DNA from: Eledone cirrhosa
Taxonomy: Eukaryota
Reading direction: 5' to 3'
Length of the DNA stretch: 64,000 bases
NCBI GenBank assembly: GCA_964016885.1
Contig: OZ024744.1
Location: 65,038,001-65,102,000 of the forward strand
Shown here: in pieces, positions 11,659-26,120 of the stretch
Position numbering within the stretch: position 1 is the first letter of the stretch
Layout: each line of letters begins with the position of its first letter
The notes under the pieces: generated by a model
What the model was told of the DNA's origin: nothing
Database searches by the model: none
Seen by the model: only the letters and a program-made list of their open reading frames with translations
Made by a program: the position numbers and the translations under genes

Positions 11659-11964
11659 CATATAGATAGTAAATGATCTGATAAGTTAGATGGGAAATAT
11701 AATTGCAGGAAACAACATTAAGTGTAGGTTTAGGAAACTGCACTCAGTGCTTTAGTGTGTGGGTGTGTGGGTGTGTGTGTGTGTGTAAGGGGGGGGGGAT
11801 AAGTGGTATTAACTAAACTTGGTAGACTTGTTATTATTGGTACTTTTGTTGTTGAATTTTTTGGGGGCTATTGTTGTTGTTTGTTTGTTCGATGTTGATG
11901 CTGCTGTTGATGTTGTTGATGATGATGGTCATGCAGCTAGTTGTTATTATTGTTGTTGCTACTT

Positions 11965-12001
<37 letters not shown>

Positions 12002-13713
12002 CACTTTCAGAACTGGGGAAATATGTAAAGATAAGGATCAGGAAATATAAACATAAGAATATACTAAAACCATAATGCTTTAATAATTGTTTCTACGTTT
12101 TGGCACAAGGCCAGCAATTACCCCAGTGCATTACTGGTACTTTATTTTATCGATCCCGTAAGGATGAAAGGCAAAGTTAACCTCAGTGGGGTTTGAACTC
12201 GGAACATAAAGGGACGCAACTCTATGTTGTATAGCATAGCGTCCGATGCTCTACCGATACTGCCAATCCACCGCCCTTATATAATACGTTAATAATGATT
12301 CCTAATTTAAGCATAAAGCCACCAATTTGTGGGCAAGCAAATGGAATGTTGATTATATTGACCACAGTATTTAACTGGTACTTTATTATATTAAACCCTT
12401 CCACCAGAAGAATGAAAGGTAAAGTTGGCTCCCCATCAAGATTTGAACATAAAAGTGTCACATTGGCATTTTAACCTACCAGTTCTATCAACTGTTCCCT
12501 TTCATAATGGTTTCTAATTTAGGCACAGGGCCAACAATTTTGGTGGAGGGGAAAGTTGATTAAGTTGACCCCCAGTGCATTACTGGTACTTTATTTTATC
12601 GACCTCGTAAGGATGAAAGGCAAAGCTAACCTCGGCGGGATTTGAAATCAGAACGTAAAGAGACGTAACTATGCTGCGAAGCATGGTGTCCGTCACTCTA
12701 CATATTCTGCCAATCTATCACCTTTATAATGTATGTGTGTCAGTAATATATTACACAGTACATGCTGTAAAGTGGTTGGTGATAGGAAGGGCATCTGGCC
12801 ATAGAAAGCTTGACAGACAAAGGGTTGGGCTGACGATTTAGTTGTGTCAAGGACATGACCACCTCCCTGGTGCTGGTGATCTATGCAATAAAAGCACCCA
12901 ATACATGCTGTAAAGTGGTTGGTGTTAGGAAGGGCATTCAACCATAGGAAACTTGCTAAACAAAGGGTTAGGTGGACCATTCAGTTTGTGTTAAAAGACA
13001 CAACTTATCCTTTGCACTTGATAAAATGTGAGACCATAAGTAAGCAAGATGCAGACCCTTTGGCCTGTTTGGGAGGTCAGTAGCTCACTTCAGCACTGAC
13101 TTGGTCAATGTTGACCCATCAAACCTTTGCTAGAAAGGAAAGCAAATATTAAATGATGATGATGATGATAATGACAGCAGTCAGTGATATGTTATACACC
13201 TCTTAATGATATATTATCATCATCATGATCATCATCACCATTAACGTCAATTTTTCCACGTTAGCATGGGGTAACTAATATTGATCATATTATAACAAGC
13301 CGCAATGTTATATACTGGCAACTAACATTATATACATCAGACACTGATATATTATACATACACTAGTCACTCATATATCATTTCATTTTTCATTTCATTT
13401 TACGTCCGCTTTTCCCTGCTTGCAAGGGTGGGACGGGAACTGATGCTGGCTTGATTTCTACAGCTGGATGCCCTTCCTAACACCAACCTCATTTACAGTG
13501 AGTGCTGGGTGCTTTTTTGCCGTGGCACCTCCACGACCACTTTGCAGTGGAATGATAGGGACCCCAGTCCCTATCATCTCATTTCTACAGCTGAGTAAAC
13601 TGGAGCAATGTGAAATAAAGTGTCTTGCTCAAGGAAACGACACATCACCCGGTCTGAGAATTGAACTCACAACCTTTCGATTGCAAGGCCAATGCTTTAA
13701 CCACTAAGCCATA

Positions 13714-13900
13714 TAATATGAAGGATTCAGGACCTCAATGGTTGAGCTCCTGCCGTTTCAACAGCTAGATCCGTAGCTGTTGAAACAGAAAGAGCTTATC
13801 CATCAGGGTCCTGAATCCTTCATATTACCCACTCTACAATCTCAAGTATCAAGTACTCTGGTTAATAATGGACTAATTGGTTTTTACTGCATCCATTCTG
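13714..13900 (+). mobile_element. Asymmetric fold-back PLE-end fragment
   Basis: Inverted repeat 13714-13827 (TAATATGAAGGATTCAGGACC and its complement), extension with TCAAGTACTCTGG. Confidence 0.65.
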
Positions 13901-13914
13901 ATTTATATATATAT

Positions 13915-14140
13915 ATCATCATCATCATCATCATCGTTTAACGTCCATCTTCCATGCAAGCATGGGTTAGACAGTTTTGTTCCATTTGATGCGGGACTGG
14001 TTGGGAGACCATGTCTTGCTCGCACAGAAGCATCTCTGGCAGATTTTCTTTTTTACAGCTGGATGCCCTTCCTAACACCAACCACATTTACAGTGTGGAC
14101 TGGGAGCTTTTTCACCGTGTCTCCTACATGGCCACCTTAC
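13915..14140 (-). mobile_element. 5'-truncated SINE with CCCATGCTAGCATGG RTE-like tail; relatives at 8220-8365, 9935-10115, 12760-13170, 24925-25115, 26385-26690, 37553-37810, 41800-41890, 45660-45945
   Basis: (CAT)n-CGTTTAACGTCC-TTCCATGC(T/A)AGCATGGG tail plus GGATGCCCTTCCTAACACCAACCAC domain. Confidence 0.85.
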
Positions 14141-15029
14141 GGTCTCATGTTCCCCCTCTCTATCGGTATGTTTTTCTTTTGTTTATCTTCTTTTTCTGTC
14201 ATTCTCTTCGCTATCGTCTGTGTTGTTTTCTTCCCTGATAACTATTCCTCGTAGTTATTAACGCACTATGGTGAGATGTACTGTCTTTAATGTGTCGAAA
14301 CATCAGAGACCCACAACAGATAGCCGAAGAACGGGAATTGTCCTTATGTTTGTGTTTCTCTTACGTTTTCTAAATAATATATATATAGTTTAGGGCTTGT
14401 AACATCAAGTTAATGCTGGATCACCAACATGAGTACTCAATGCGTAGTCTCCAGTATGTACTTTGGGGTTGTACTAAGCAGAGTGTAATATCAATAATTG
14501 TTTCTACTTTTAGGCACAAGGCCAGCAATCACTCAGTGCATTACTGGTACTTTATTTTATCGACCCCGTAAGGATGAAAGGCAAAGTCAACCTCGGCGGG
14601 ATTTAATATCAATAATAAGTATAGATGAGTTGTCAAATTTTCATTAAGTTTATTCAGGTGTGACTCGCGTTTTGTGATCAGTTCAAGGTTCAATCTCTAT
14701 CGATTGGGCCCGACACTGGAATAAAAAACTCATTAGACTTATGTTAGCTTAATGACAGAACGTTTTGTGTACAATGTTAAATATATATCTGTTCTGATTC
14801 ATTTGGGGGTGGTCAGTTTTTCTTAGTTTTGATTGGTGGTTTGTGGGACAAAAAAAATATATGTGAGGATGTGGGAGAGGGGAGGGGAAAAATGTAGAAA
14901 GAAGAAAGGATTGGGAAGAGGAAAGAATAATGGTGGGGTACATCTAGTGGTAGAGGTGGGGATGGAGTGAGGCGTTGATCATTTAATAGTGGACAGATTG
15001 GCGCTTATGTGGTGATGCATATATATACA

Positions 15030-15102
<73 letters not shown>

Positions 15103-15120
15103 TATATATATATATATATT

Positions 15121-15332
15121 TTTTAATATAGAAAAGCTTCTACAAGACTAGAACTGTTTCTTTCATGAGAAATCATCATGAAGCTGACTGTTCAAGTCAG
15201 CTTCCTGATGATTTCTCACGAATGAAACAGTTCTAGTCCTGTAGAAGCTTTTCTATATTAAAACATTTATACTCTGGTACGTATTGAGTACCTTACTTAC
15301 TGTGGTTAGCCCCAATTGAACCCGGAATAATT
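15121..15332 (+). mobile_element. Asymmetric fold-back element with hammerhead core
   Basis: Palindrome 15121-15263 centred near 15191; right arm CTGATGA(15205)-TTTCTCACGAAT-GAAA-CAGTT; extension with GTATTGAGTACC. Partial relative at 46440-46495. Confidence 0.75.
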
Positions 15333-15454
15333 TATATATATATATATATATAGTAATTTGAAGACTAAAATCCAAAGAGTTTCAGAAGATCTCGTTAAGG
15401 GTGAAAGCAGCGATTCTTTGCTTAAACTTTAACCTGTTATTTTAATATATATAT

Positions 15455-15671
15455 CGACAGTCGATCGACTTTCGTCAAATCGGACTGAGGAAACAATGTT
15501 TCCATTGGTCTTTCCAATTGCTAATACTATCTATCGGTCGCAACTCCAGGTAGGAGCAACGTGAAATAAAGTGTTTTGCTCAAGGACATAACGCATCGCC
15601 CGGTGCGAGAATCGAACTCACGACATCACGATTGTGAATCCAATTCTCTAACCACTCAGCCACGCGCCTCC
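15455..15671 (-). mobile_element. tRNA/CORE-like SINE with a different tail (..CCGATTTGACGAAAGTCGATCG); copies at 19488-19699(-) and 41275-41415(+)
   Basis: A-box TGGCTGAGTGG, B-box GAGTTCGATTC, GTCCTTGAGCAAAACACTTTATTTCACGTTGCTCC. Confidence 0.88.
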
Positions 15672-15707
<36 letters not shown>

Positions 15708-15769
15708 CATCAACATCACATCATCATCGTTTAACGTCCATCTTCCACGCTAGCATGGGTCTGGACGGC

Positions 15770-15802
<33 letters not shown>

Positions 15803-15829
15803 CATATATAAACCATATATATATATATA

Positions 15830-16870
15830 TTCCTTTTCGTCCTCTCCCACGACTCCACCCGGCTCTCATCCTTGTTCCCGTTCCTGCTGCAACACTTGTC
15901 CCTTTATTTCCACCCTCACCATTCTTACAGGCCCTAACGGGTCTTTCCATATCCGCCATTCCTTCACCTGCACATCCACCCACGTTGTCTATGCCCTCCG
16001 GTGTTCCCTTTGTGGGTCTTTATATATTGGACAAACGGGACGCTGTATGGCGGACCATTTTGCCGAACATTTGAGGGACATATGACTCGGCTTGGATACT
16101 CCTGTCACCCGTCATTTCTGTTCTCCTGGTCATTCTTCCCTACATGTTTCAGTACTGGGTGTCCTTTTACATCATGGATCACAGGTCTCACACACCAAGA
16201 CTGAACAAAGTCTGATTCACCCCTCTTGGACTCAACTCACCTCCCTAATTTCTCTAGTACCCAGTCCATTATCACACCCCTAGATTCCTATCGCTTTCTC
16301 TTGATCATTAGCAGCTTCTCTTACAACTAATACATGCCGACTATATATGCTCACTCCACCTTTCCCTTCACTGCTCTGTATACACACATACACACCCTTA
16401 TATTAACATACTTTTGCTCATAGCTTTGTACTTACATGCACACACACTCTTTTACTTACATATACATACAAATTTCTTCTTAGCTTCGTACGGACGTATA
16501 ATAACGTACACACACACAAACACTTGATTACGTACGTGCTCAAGTATAGCTCTTTTTACTAAACGTTTTTTTTTTCCATTTCAGGTAGACGCGCTCCATC
16601 ATTCATTTTTCTAAAAAATAAATCATACACAAAACGCCAGCACCAACAGTTTTGCAAGAGATGTCAACATGAATGGACCTGTCATTTTTATCTAATTCCA
16701 TCCCGCCCGTCTCCTCAATCTATCTTATTTCTCATTCTTTCTTCTGATGAAGGACTAGCTTCCGAAACGTTAAGACCCTCTTCCTACTATATCAAGCGTT
16801 AACCTAATATATTCCTTCCATTTACTGTACTGATTGTGTTGTTATTTCTGTTTATCTTTTACATACATAT
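15830..16870 (+). mobile_element. 5'-truncated PLE: Cys-rich linker plus GIY-YIG endonuclease (Neptune-like layout), 3' UTR and hammerhead
   Basis: GSHPCSRSCCNTCPFI..FTCTSTHVVYALRCSLCGSLYIGQTGRCMADHFAEHLRDI*..PVTRHFCSPGHS..EQSLI; in-frame stop present. Confidence 0.9.
16740..16775 (+). ncRNA. Minimal type I hammerhead ribozyme motif in the PLE 3' repeat
   Basis: TCTT-CTGATGA-AGGACTAGCTTCC-GAAACGTT-AAGA; palindromic AACGTT stem III. Confidence 0.78.
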
Positions 16871-16885
16871 TTAACGAAGGGTATA

Positions 16886-17559
16886 TGTAAGAAGTAGTTA
16901 GATGAATTAAAACGATTATTAGATGAAATACCAGGAATAATAAGAATAAATGATTTTGTTTATATATGGTTTACGTGAATCAATTAAAAAGTACAATAAA
17001 ACAGTTACCAAGAGTTGCGAAAGTTGACAATGTTATTTTGTTGTTGATATGAAAACAGCGAGCGACGAGATAAAGTTTGTTGGTGGTTAAAGTTTGTTGC
17101 AGTCGTCATAGTAGTTTTCGTCATGAGTCTGAGACCATAGCGAGTGAGAGATAGTAATGGTCTGTAATTGATTGTAGACCACTGTGGCTTGTAGATAGCG
17201 GAATATCTTTCACATAGCAGGTCTGTAGTAGTAGGGCTCTGATCTCTCTGTATCTCTGTAGACCTCTAGGGTCTGTTGATAGCGGTGAATCTTTACATAG
17301 TTTGTTGTGTATCATAGAGATCCGATCTATCTGTCTTTCTGTAGACCACTGGGGTCTGTTGATAGTGGTGAATCTTTCACATAGCGTGTTCTGTAGTGGA
17401 GTGCTCCGATGTCTCTGCCTAAAGTATGATGATACAGGCTTTATATACCTGTCGCTTCCTGTCTCCCACCCTGAACCTGTTCACACCAAAAGGGTGGTGA
17501 CCTAGAATTTGACCTCTAGTTGTCACCCAAGGTTAAAGGCGCAGACAGATTTCACTACA
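16886..17559 (-). mobile_element. Probable solo LTR related to 42899-43612
   Basis: TGTA...TACA ends; shares ACAGGCT..TATA..CTGTCGCTTCCT and GACAGATTTC(A/G)CTACA with the 43 kb element; internal tandem repeats at 17160-17400; TSD not clear. Confidence 0.6.
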
Positions 17560-17579
17560 CACACACACATATATATATG

Positions 17580-17650
<71 letters not shown>

Positions 17651-18164
17651 ATGTATATATACACCATATATATATACATATATACACTAGTCATTGATAT
17701 TATATACATCATCAATGATATATATCCCAGTTAATAATATAGTATACAATAGTCAATGATATATAATATACATCACTCACTGATATAATATATACACTAG
17801 TCTATGACATATTATATACATCATCATCATCATCATTTTACATCCACTTTTCCCTGCTTGCAAGGCTGGGACGGGAACTGATTCTAGCTTGATTTCTACA
17901 GCTGGATGCCCTTCCTAACACCAACCTCATTTACAGTGAGTGCTGGGTGCTTTTTTTGCCGTGGCATCTCCACGACCACTTTGCAGTGGAATGATATGGA
18001 CCCCAGTCCCTATCATCTCATTTCTACAACTGAGTAAACTGGAGCAATGTGAAATAAAGTGTCTTGCTCAAGGAAACAACACATCACCCGGTCTAAGAAT
18101 TGAACTCACAACCTTTCGATTGCAAGGCCAATGCTCTAACCACTAAGCCATGTGCCTCCATACA

Positions 18165-19487
18165 CTAGATAATAATATATTATACAGCAATCAATGATAT
18201 TTTATACAGTAGTTAATGATACATTATATACATCAGTCAGCAATACATTATACACACCAGTCAATAATATATTATACAGCAATCAGTGATACATTATATA
18301 CACCAGTAAATAATGTATTATATACCAGTGAATGGCATATTACACATCAATCAAAGATACATTATATACACCAGTCAATAATATATTATATAGCAGTCAG
18401 TGATATATTATATAGCAGTCAGTGATATATTATACACCAGTGAATAATATACTATATACATCAGTCAGAGATACATTATATACACCAGTCAATAATATAT
18501 TATATAGCAGTCAGTGATATATTATACACCAGTGAACAATATACTATATACATCAGTCAGAGATATATTATATACACCAGTCAATAATATATTATATAGC
18601 AGTCAGTGATATATTATACACCAGTGAACAATATACTATATACATCAGTCAGAGATACATTATATACACCAGTCAATCATATATTATATAGCTGTCAGTG
18701 ATATATTATACACCAGTGAACAATATACTATATACATCAGTCAGAGATATATTATATACACCAGTCAATAATATATTATATAGCAATCAGTGATATATTA
18801 TACACCAGTGAACAATATACTATATACATCAGTCAGAGATATATTATATACACCAGTCAATAATATATTATATAGCAATCAGTGATATATTATACACCAG
18901 TGAACAATATACTATATACATCAGTCAGAGATACATTATATACACCAGTCAATCATATATTATATAGCAGTCAGTGATATATTATACACCAGTGAACAAT
19001 ATACTATATACATCAGTCAGAGATATATTATATAGCAGTCAATAATATATTATATAGCTGTCAGTGATATATTATACACCAGTGAACAATATACTATATA
19101 CATCAGTCAGAGATATATTATATACACCAGTCAATAATATATTATATAGCTGTCAGTGATATATTATGCACCAGTGAATAATATACTATATACATCAGAC
19201 AGAGATACATTATATACACCAGTCAATCATATATTATATAGCTGTCAGTGATATATTATACACCAGTGAACAATATACTATATACATCAGTCAGAGATAT
19301 ATTATATACACCAGTCAATAATATATTATATAGCAATCAGTGATATATTATACACCAGTGAATAATATATACATCAGTCAGAGATATATTATATACACCA
19401 GTCAATAATATATTATATAGCAGTCAGTGATATATTATACACCAGTGAATAATATATACATCAGTCAGAGATATATTATATACACAA
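18165..19487. repeat. 92-bp higher-order tandem repeat built from four 22-24-bp monomers (~11-12 copies)
   Basis: ATACATTATATACACCAGTCAATA|ATATATTATATAGCAGTCAGTG|ATATATTATACACCAGTGAACA|ATATACTATATACATCAGTCAGAG; period checked at 18471 and 18563. Confidence 0.93.
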
Positions 19488-19833
19488 GTCGATCGACTTT
19501 CGTCAAATCGGACCGAGGAAACAATATTTCCATTGGTCTTTCCAATTGCTAATATTCTCTATTGGTTGCAACTCCAGGTAGAAGGAGCGTGAAATAAAAT
19601 GTCTCACCCAAGGACATAACACATCACCCAGTCCGGGAATCGAATTAACACCCTTATGATTGCGAATCCAATTCTCTAACCACTCAGCCACATACCTTCT
19701 TAGATACATTATATATACCAGTCGATAATATATTATACATCAGGCAGTAATATACATTAGTCCATTGGCAATACAAACATTTTGAAGCAACCTATTCAGA
19801 AAACTATGAGACAGGCAACTTTTTTGTATAAAT

Positions 19834-20358
19834 TATAGTGTGTCCCAGAATTTACTATCTATTTCAATGAAATTGGGCAAATTTTAAAAAAACTGACGGG
19901 ATTTTATGTTTATTACTTAATTATGATTCAAAACAAATAAATTTATAAATCTTGTGTGAAAACTTTATTGAAATTTTTCTTCATGTCCTCCGTCTGTACC
20001 CCTGCAAATTTCAAGTCTATCCTTACCATTAGGAAGCACATTTGGAAACATTTTAGGAGTTACCTCCTGCACTGTTAACTGAATGTGTTCCTTAAGCTTG
20101 GCTAAACTATTGATCTTTTGGCGATAAACCTTTGTTTTTTTTAACCCTATACAATGAAATCCATGGGGGTCAAATCTAGAGAACGTGGAAGCCATGGGCG
20201 AGGTCCTCCATGTCCAATTCACCAATTTGGAAAGCATCAATATTAGAAATTTATACACTTCTAACACATTAAAAATGATGAACAGAAATGAAAGAGAGTT
20301 TTCTTTTTAATGGTCTGATTTCACTGAAATAAATAGTTAATACAGGACACCCTGTATA
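19834..20358 (-). mobile_element. Internally deleted Tc1/mariner-superfamily (DD37D/maT-like) transposon
   Basis: TIRs TA-(C/T)AG(G/T)GTGTCC..ATTTCA(G/A)TGAAAT at both ends; PWLPRSLDLTPMDF motif, then LKKTKVY..LKEHI..RLEIC...GGH C-terminus. Confidence 0.85.
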
Positions 20359-20439
20359 ATAGATAACATTGAAAGTCACTTTTCAAAGTAATTCAAAGTT
20401 ATATTAAATATAAAGGATGACACATGAATGATGGTAACA

Positions 20440-21450
20440 TTTATGAACTAAAGAAGGTCAATTTTTTTCTGTTTCCTTTGCCACAAGATTCAGAATAATG
20501 TCTTCAAGATTCAGATTTTTGGCATGTTATCTATTCATGGTGATTTATCTAAATTGTCTAGTCTATTGTCCACCAGAGAATTCTACAGGGAAGTCTTAAT
20601 CATCTTCAGCTTGAACAAACTGTATTCATGGCTAATGCTGCTTACAGGTAATGTTACAACAATTTGAAGGAGTTTTATGAGCTCAAAGAAGGTATCCTTG
20701 TTGAGATACAGAAAAGAAAATAACCCATCAAATAACTTCATCAATGAAGTCAAAATACATGCCTCATGCTCAATGGATCACTTTCTGAATCACTTTGAAC
20801 TGTTATACATAGCCTTCAGGTCATCCCAAATCCAATGTATCCCCAGGTCAACTTTCCAAACATTTTAGATATCATGAATTACATCATCCAATATATCTTT
20901 TGTTGCCTTGGAGTCCTTTTTATCAAAGGCCAGTTGAATATCAGTTGATATATTCAACCATCACATATAATCTCTCTTCCAGTGTTCTATTCTAGATAAA
21001 TTGGGATTAAACAATCACTAATGTAAGTCATGTTTGATATTCAGGAGTTTAGATATTTCTGGATTGTTTTAATCAAACCGATCATTGTGTTTAAGTGTTC
21101 TGAAGCCCAAAACATCAACAGAGGTGGTATAAATTTTTTGCTTGAAATCTGCCCATGTACTATCAAGTGGTGAATTATATATGTATTAATGAAAAATAAT
21201 TAAGAGATAATTGGTTAGGGGGAAAAAAAGTAAAGAAAGCGCATAGTCAAAAATACTGTATCCATGACATCACTGCCAAGACCTGCATGAATATAATATT
21301 TCATTCAAGTTAGGTGTGCTACCTTGAATGTGAACTTATCAGCATGTTTGCATTTACTGAACACTTCCAATTTGGCATTTAAATGTATTCCTAGTTAAAG
21401 GTGTTTTTTCATGAATAGTCTTTTCTAAATAGAGTTGTGACCACATCATT
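20440..21450 (-). pseudogene. Highly decayed hAT transposase remnant; C-terminal dimerization domain is recognisable
   Basis: Minus strand at ~20540-20700: FFELIKLLQIVVTLPVSSISHEYSLFKLKMIKTSL*NSLVDNRLDNL, resembling the hATC motif LxTLPVSSAxxERSFSxLKxIKTxLRxxMxxxRL. Upstream boundary uncertain. Confidence 0.65.
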
Positions 21451-22150
21451 GCCATTTATTTTTGGAACATTCATAAAAGAAATGTAACAAGGTTCTTGAG
21501 TAACATTTGGTCATTAAAAGAAAAAGCTGTGAACTTTAATATAAACTGGATGATTGTTGAACGATCTAAGTCTTAAATAACGCCAGCAAAAGATTATATT
21601 AAGTCTAGTGTGTTTGCCTGAGATTGATATTTTCATTAGAAATGCTCAATTTTTTTCTTCTTGTTTTAAAGTTATGGATGAATTCTATTTTTGCTGCACT
21701 TTTGACAAGGTTTGTTAAGACAGTTTTTTTCTATATAGTTCTTTCTTCTTTTTCCTGTGGGGAGTGGGGATGGTGCAACAACATCATAATCTCAAAGGAA
21801 AGTAGTACATTGTGAACTTTTTCTCTACTGATTCTTGATAATATTGGTATAATCTTCTGGTGTAGCACTAAAAAACGTCTTCTATCACAACATCGCTGGC
21901 TCTACTCACAACAATGTTTCGGGATTGTTGGCTTAGGATGACCCCGGCCTCATTGAGCAAGAGCAAGAAGATCTTGTCCCTTTTATTCATCAAATATTTA
22001 GTAATTACCTCTAACTACTGAATTGTAAAGGTATATATTCTTCTAGCAAATATGTAATGTATCTATTGTTGATTCAAAATTCAGAAGAAACTAATATTCC
22101 TGTCTTCCTGCCTATTATCTTCAGACTTTCATAGTATTCCTCTCTTCTTT

Positions 22151-22182
<32 letters not shown>

Positions 22183-23041
22183 GAAACTATAGGTACTTCT
22201 TTTCTATACTTTTGTTGAGCTAAATCAATCTAGCTACCCAGAAAAAACATATTATGATTATAAGCAAAGTTATCTTGAATATCAAGTTTGAGATTTGGGT
22301 GTATTAGAATTCGTAGGATAATGGGAAAACTCAGCACAAGAAAGCTGTTAAAACAGCAAATGCCATCAATGACGGCATTGGGTAAAATTTACCTCAAAGA
22401 ATAGAAATCAGTGGCTAGAGTATGTTGGCTTGGAGAAGTGATAGAAAGAAAGAAGAAAAGAAATAAAATGGATGAGAGGACATCACAAAACCATTTAAAT
22501 AAACTGATCAGCTTTTAGACCACTTGTGATTTCCATGATTTAACATTATGATTATTTATGCTTGAAATATTTAGTTATTATCAGAATCTTTTGTTAACTA
22601 TTAACATCCTGTAATGATTTAGCAGAAAATATAAAAATGTTTATAGTATCTTTATTAATGGACAGATCATTGCGAAAAGTTTAAAATCTTAGTGCTGTTT
22701 TACAATGCCGTGTTGAGGCAGTTTGTTAACTCAATTGTTTATAATATGTTTACTAGTGGACAGATCATTGTGAAAATTTGCAGTAATAGACAAAAGTAAT
22801 AGACTTGAATTTTGAATGTGATATGTCAAAGTGTTGTTTTGTTTTTATCAAGAATGTCTTGCTAATGTGGTTTCATATGATACAAGACATTAAGAGTTAA
22901 TCTTCAGTTTATTTATTTTTCAATTTAAAGTGCAAGTGCCATGTACTCATTCCATGACTTGGAATTCAGAAAGAGTTGCCCGAGTCATGCAACATGACAC
23001 TTAAAGTTGTCTACATTGAACTTAAGCAGCTGCCTACCTAC

Positions 23042-23125
23042 CTGAGAAACATAGCTGGTTAACCCTTTGTTCACCAACAACATCTATGATGTTCTCATCA
23101 AGTCTGAGACTGCTGATAGCATTTG
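23042..23125 (-). CDS. Candidate 84-nt host exon, product unknown
   Basis: Minus strand TTTTCTATGTCTGGAATAG | exon | GTAGGT; one open frame NAISSLRLDENIIDVVGEQRVNQLCFS, phase 1-1; no recognisable homology. Confidence 0.2.
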
Positions 23126-23280
23126 CTATTCCAGACATAGAAAATAGATAGGTCATTATTATTACCAATGTTAGCTGTCTAGGGCATAGCTTTACTATCA
23201 AGCACAAACATTTAAATGTCAAAATGTCTATACAATTATAATTTTCTGAACCATTAACCTAATCTTTGGAGTTTAAATTT

Positions 23281-23328
<48 letters not shown>

Positions 23329-23397
23329 TATATAGATATATATATATAGATATATAGATATATAGATAGATAGATATAGATAGATAGATATAGATAG

Positions 23398-23453
<56 letters not shown>

Positions 23454-24846
23454 AAAGGATAACAAGGACGATTGATTACTCCTTCATTACATTTATTGGT
23501 AGGTGACGTGCGTTCACCACTGATCAGCTCAAGGTTCGATCTGTATCGATCCTACCCGACTCAATGATCGGTAGCTCGACGGACCCTTTAAAATACTATA
23601 AGAAAATGAAATACATGCTATGTGGTAAAGACAGAAGTTCAAGAGTTTGACAATATGAGCAACACCAAGTTACACCCACTAGATATATATATATATATAT
23701 ATATACAAATGTATGTACATATATATTTCATGAAATAACAATAGACTTTGCATCAAACACGACATGATATCATCATCATCATTTCATTTTATGTCCGCTT
23801 TTCCCTGCTTGCAAGGGTGGGACGGGAACTGATGCTGGCTTGATTTCTACAGCTGGATGCCCTTCCTAACACCAACCTCATTTACAGTGAGTGCTGGGTG
23901 CTTTTTTGCCGTGGCACCTCCATTACTACTTTGCAGTGGAATGATAGGGACCCCAGTCCCTATCATCTCATTTCTACAGCTGAGTAAACTGGAGCAATGT
24001 GAAATAAAGTGTCTTGCTCAAGGAAACAACATCACCAGGTCTGAGAATTGAACTCACAACCTTTCGATATGCTGCATTATTGCCGAGGTTAACTTTGCCT
24101 TTCATCCTTACGGGGTCGATAAAATAAAGTACCAGTCATGTACTGAGTAATGTACTGGGATAATTGCTGGCCTTGTGCCAAAAGTAGAAACAATTATTAT
24201 TCAGTTGATCTCTGATGGTCATCAAGCATTTCATTCATAGATAAATTTGTAGTTACATATAGGAAGCTTTAACTATCAAACCAAGCCTTGTGAGTGGAAA
24301 TAGGTAGACAGAAACAGTGTTGACGCCTGTTGCATATTATGCAACCATGTTAACTTACTACCTTTTTCCTCCACTGATGTACAGCAAAAGACCACAATTT
24401 ACCTCCACTTTGATCAATCTTGAGCAAATGCTGGAGCCTGCTACCAGTTGGTCATTACTTTTCACCTGTCTTCTTTCACAGTTGCATGCCATGTTGTTAT
24501 TGGTCTGACTCTAGGTCTCTTGCCCCCAGGTGGTATCCAGTTCATGGATACCTTAGCTGGACAACTAACAGGGAGGTGCAAGATGGGACTAGTAAACTGG
24601 ATACACTTTTCAACTATTTTGTTCAGACTTATTGACTTCATATGCGACAACACCTCATCATTCCTCCCCACTGTCTCTCCATGATACCTCAGAGGTATAA
24701 GTATGAAGGTGTGAAAAGCAACAGATGAGAAGGTGGCGGAACAGGGAGGCGTTGGGGGTGGGGACAAGGCCACGTCTGCCAAACAGCGAGTCACCAGTAT
24801 GTGGGAAGGGATGCAGAGATGCTAAAGCAAAAAGTTAGAGCAAAAT

Positions 24847-24907
<61 letters not shown>

Positions 24908-25530
24908 ATATGTATATATATAGTGTAGGTGTCACAACAAAAAGCACCCAGCACACACTATCAATGTGGTTGGCGTTAGGATTGGCATCCAGCCATAGAA
25001 AACCAGCCAGAAACACTCCTACATGAGCAAGACATGGTCACCAAACGCAACTTCTCTCTAAATGGGACAAACCTGTCTAACCCATGCTACTGTGGAAAAT
25101 AGACTTTAATCGATAATCGATATATACATATCATATATATATATATATGTGTATCTGTGTGTGTGTATATATATGTATATATATATGTATATATATACAT
25201 TTATATATATATATATGAGCGAGACACGGTCACCCGATAAATCTTGCCTCAAGTGGAACAATTCCCGTCTAACCCATGCTAGCGTGGAAGATAGATGCTA
25301 AACGATGGTGATTTATCGTTATATTTCGCTCCTTATAACAGTCTTTCCTATCTCTCTGTTTGGTTGAGCACACTTCTCTGAGTGGTTTTGGGCTGCCCTT
25401 TCTAGCAGCTCGTTCCTCAGAGGTCACTGGTTCACTGCCCTTAAACACACTGTGATTTCTCTCTCCCACGTGTAGCTGGACAGTCACTTTTTAAAATTCT
25501 CTTAGTGTTGTCTGAAATGTGTAGCCTTAC

Positions 25531-25596
25531 ACATGCTGATGAACCGAGGTTGTTCCATTTCTGTCAACAACTTACCGGCGAAACAGATCTCTTTGG
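25531..25596 (+). ncRNA. Hammerhead motif (decayed stem I) in PLE terminal repeat ~25320-25840
   Basis: CTGATGA-ACCGAGGTTGTT..AACAACTTACCGGC-GAAA-CAGATCTC-TT; downstream TTGAGCAC motif at ~25810. Confidence 0.55.
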
Positions 25597-25864
25597 ATTT
25601 GTACGTGTGTTATATAGTTATAGAGGTATTTATTTATGCTTTAATTTATATTTTTAATTATCGTGTCTACAGTCTGCCTTTCATAGGTTATAGATTCCAT
25701 ACACTGGTGGGTTTTTTCCCTGTTTTATTGATAGCGCACTGTATATCTCTATCTGGTGTGTTACCTTTTCAACATATTGTATTTTAAAGAGCTCAGGATT
25801 TCTTCTCCTTTGAGCACATTATTTACAGGGAATGGCGAGGCTCTCTCTCTCTATATATATATAT

Positions 25865-26120
25865 CAAAGGTATATATTGAGTTAGAAACTCAAACTAGCC
25901 TCTTACAAGTAAATAGCTGAAGGAAAGAGATTTTTCCGGGCTGTGTAATATAATTGAATATAAAAGAGAGATAAACACAAATATATACATATATGTGTTC
26001 AAATTGTAAGGGACCAGATTCACTAGGGTGAAAAAAATTCTAACTAGTATCTGGTCCCTTACGATTTGAACACATATATGTATATATCTGTGTTTATCTC
26101 TCTTTTATATTCAATTATAT
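25865..26120. repeat. Asymmetric palindrome (~70-bp arms at 25948-26120, left extension) in a TA tract
   Basis: ATAATTGAATATAAAAGAGAGATAAACAC..GTAAGGGACCAGAT and its complement. Confidence 0.85.
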
